The notes under the pieces were generated by a model. The model was not told where the DNA came from. It did no database searches and worked only from the letters and a program-made list of their open reading frames with translations. Of a stretch of DNA of 64,000 nucleotides, positions 63,969 to 64,000 are shown one piece after another. This DNA comes from Heteronotia binoei (Eukaryota): positions 151,590,001-151,654,000 of the forward strand of contig NC_083243.1 of the NCBI RefSeq assembly GCF_032191835.1. Direction: 5' to 3'. How positions within the stretch are numbered: position 1 is the stretch's first letter; each line of letters starts with the position of its first letter. Both the position numbers and the translations under genes were made by a program.

Positions 63969-64000
63969 CGCCTGGGCCCTGCTTGCGCTGTCCCGGCTGA

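Larger units (their letters stand above)
61044..64000 (-). mobile_element. Ngaro-type tyrosine-recombinase retrotransposon (3' portion; continues beyond the window)
   Basis: RT, a YR C-terminus and an SGNH ORF on the minus strand, followed by split direct repeats in B1-A2-B2 arrangement. Confidence 0.9.

Overview
Eukaryotic genomic DNA, most likely from a squamate reptile and probably a gecko (inferred from a Squam3-type SINE, a Sauria-SINE/BovB tail and squamate-type CR1/L2/L1). By my hand tally roughly two-thirds of the window is transposable-element sequence, and no intact host gene is recognisable. The main units are: (1) a truncated Gypsy element split by a complete DIRS1-type tyrosine-recombinase retrotransposon (10993-16601, with ITRs, ICR, gag, RT/RNase H, Dam-like MT and YR); (2) a nest at 19.4-28.2 kb: an RTE-X-like LINE containing a foreign segment, a solo LTR with a 5-bp TSD, and a nearly intact RTE element with a 10-bp TSD and only two stop codons; (3) a 5'-truncated CR1 (31.5-34.9 kb); (4) a 5.3-kb decayed hAT transposon whose empty site survives in a nearby duplicate; (5) a full-length L1 with a 19-bp TSD (48838-55659); (6) the 3' half of an Ngaro-type YR retrotransposon with split direct repeats and an SGNH hydrolase ORF (61.0-64.0 kb). 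Several palindromic MITEs have perfect TSDs. I found no CRISPR, rRNA or true tRNA gene, and no clear new biological system. The best leads are unusually well-preserved or rearranged retroelements. Family names come from motif recognition, not database searches.
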